DNA of 64,000 nt. It comes from Octopus sinensis. Taxonomy: Eukaryota. Made by a program: the position numbers and the translations under genes. Below are positions 63,142-64,000 of this stretch, in pieces; position 1 is the stretch's first letter, and each line of letters begins with the position of its first letter. The stretch spans positions 203,608,001 to 203,672,000 of the forward strand of contig NC_042998.1 in assembly GCF_006345805.1 (NCBI RefSeq). The letters run 5' to 3'. Below the pieces are notes generated by a model. That model made no database searches. It was given only the letters and a program-made list of their open reading frames with translations, and was not told the origin of the DNA.

Positions 63142-63861
63142 TATTGGTATCGGTTAAAGTAGCAGTTTCTTGACGAAGCGGTATGTATTATGTGAAATAG
63201 AAAGATACAGTCGGCTTTTCGATGCCCCCATTGGCGGCGTTACACTTATCTGGCTTTTAAATAGCGTTTATAAATAATACCGGCACCCATAGCCCTTAGT
63301 AACAAATTCTGAAATAGCCTTTAAGATATCTACGATTATCCACTGCAAGGGAATTACTCCTGTAAGACAAACGGGGCTTGGTTTTTTCACAGCGGGGGGT
63401 TTCCTTGACAAGGCAGGCTCAGATGAACACACACACACATAAAACATAATATATATATATTTTTTTTCTTTCTGCCACCCAACGGTTATCACGGCAGTAG
63501 CCACTGACAGCCGAACGATCAAACGCACACACGTACACAAAAAATGTTTTCTACCCCTACGCCAACACACACATATATAGAACAGTATACACACACACAC
63601 GTCTCTAAGTAGATTTTTTCTCGCCCCTTATAAAACATCCAATATTCCTTAAATAGTCAGAACTTTATTCTCGGTCACTAAGAACATCTATACACCCTCA
63701 CCCACATGATTGACCGATGCCTGACCTGTAGAATTCTTCAGCCACCGGTTCTCATCGCATACACTGATAAACAGTTTCGCCATGGGCTCTTAGGAGCATA
63801 GTTCGATTTGGTTTTTGCTCCGCCTCTGTTCTGTTTTTGTTTCTCTAACGGATTTCCTTTT

Positions 63862-63948
63862 TTCTTCCTGAAGAGAAAGACACAATATGGTCCCATTATT
63901 CAATCGGATTTTGGTAATTGGTGCCTTTCGAAACACGTGTAGAATGAA
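63862..63948 (+). ncRNA. Type I hammerhead ribozyme in the right pLTR
   Basis: TTCTTC-CTGAAGA-GAAAG(loop)CTTTC-GAAA-CACGTG-TA-GAATGAA: core CUGANGA/GAAA, stem II, palindromic stem III, GUA cleavage triplet at 63939-63941, stem I with one bulge. Confidence 0.75.
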
Positions 63949-64000
63949 ATAAAACGATTTCTGTTCAATCTGCGTTCAGCTCCATTTCTTCAATTCACCA

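Larger units (their letters stand above)
59729..64000 (-). mobile_element. Penelope-like retroelement (PLE) with inverted pseudo-LTRs; the right end reaches the window edge
   Basis: 59729-60521 is the reverse complement of 63206-64000. The repeat includes the last ~19 codons of the ORF, as pLTRs do, and RT and GIY-YIG coding sequence lies between the arms. Confidence 0.92.

Overview
Eukaryotic, AT-rich and very repeat-dense DNA. The SINE families and microsatellite load resemble an octopod cephalopod (inference). Two host genes can be supported, and they converge tail to tail. (1) The last five coding exons of rapsyn (RAPSN, + strand, 9505-20757), ending in an intact RING-H2 domain. (2) AP-4 complex subunit beta-1 (AP4B1, - strand, 37690-32014), which has only two recognisable coding exons and an in-frame stop exactly at the end of the trunk domain. 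The rest is mobile DNA: several tRNA-head SINE families, CR1/RTE LINE ends, Tc1/mariner elements (one carrying nested insertions), piggyBac-type and Tc1-type MITEs, non-autonomous Helitrons and long fold-back palindromes. The window ends in a near full-length Penelope-like retroelement (59729-64000, -). It has RT plus GIY-YIG endonuclease and ~795-bp inverted pseudo-LTRs, each carrying a type I hammerhead ribozyme; two more orphan minimal hammerheads lie at ~44.0 and ~45.6 kb. Most listed ORFs (HTHT, MYVC, IIII, YIYI types) are translated microsatellites. All alignments to known proteins were done by eye from memory, and repeat coordinates are approximate unless termini are quoted.
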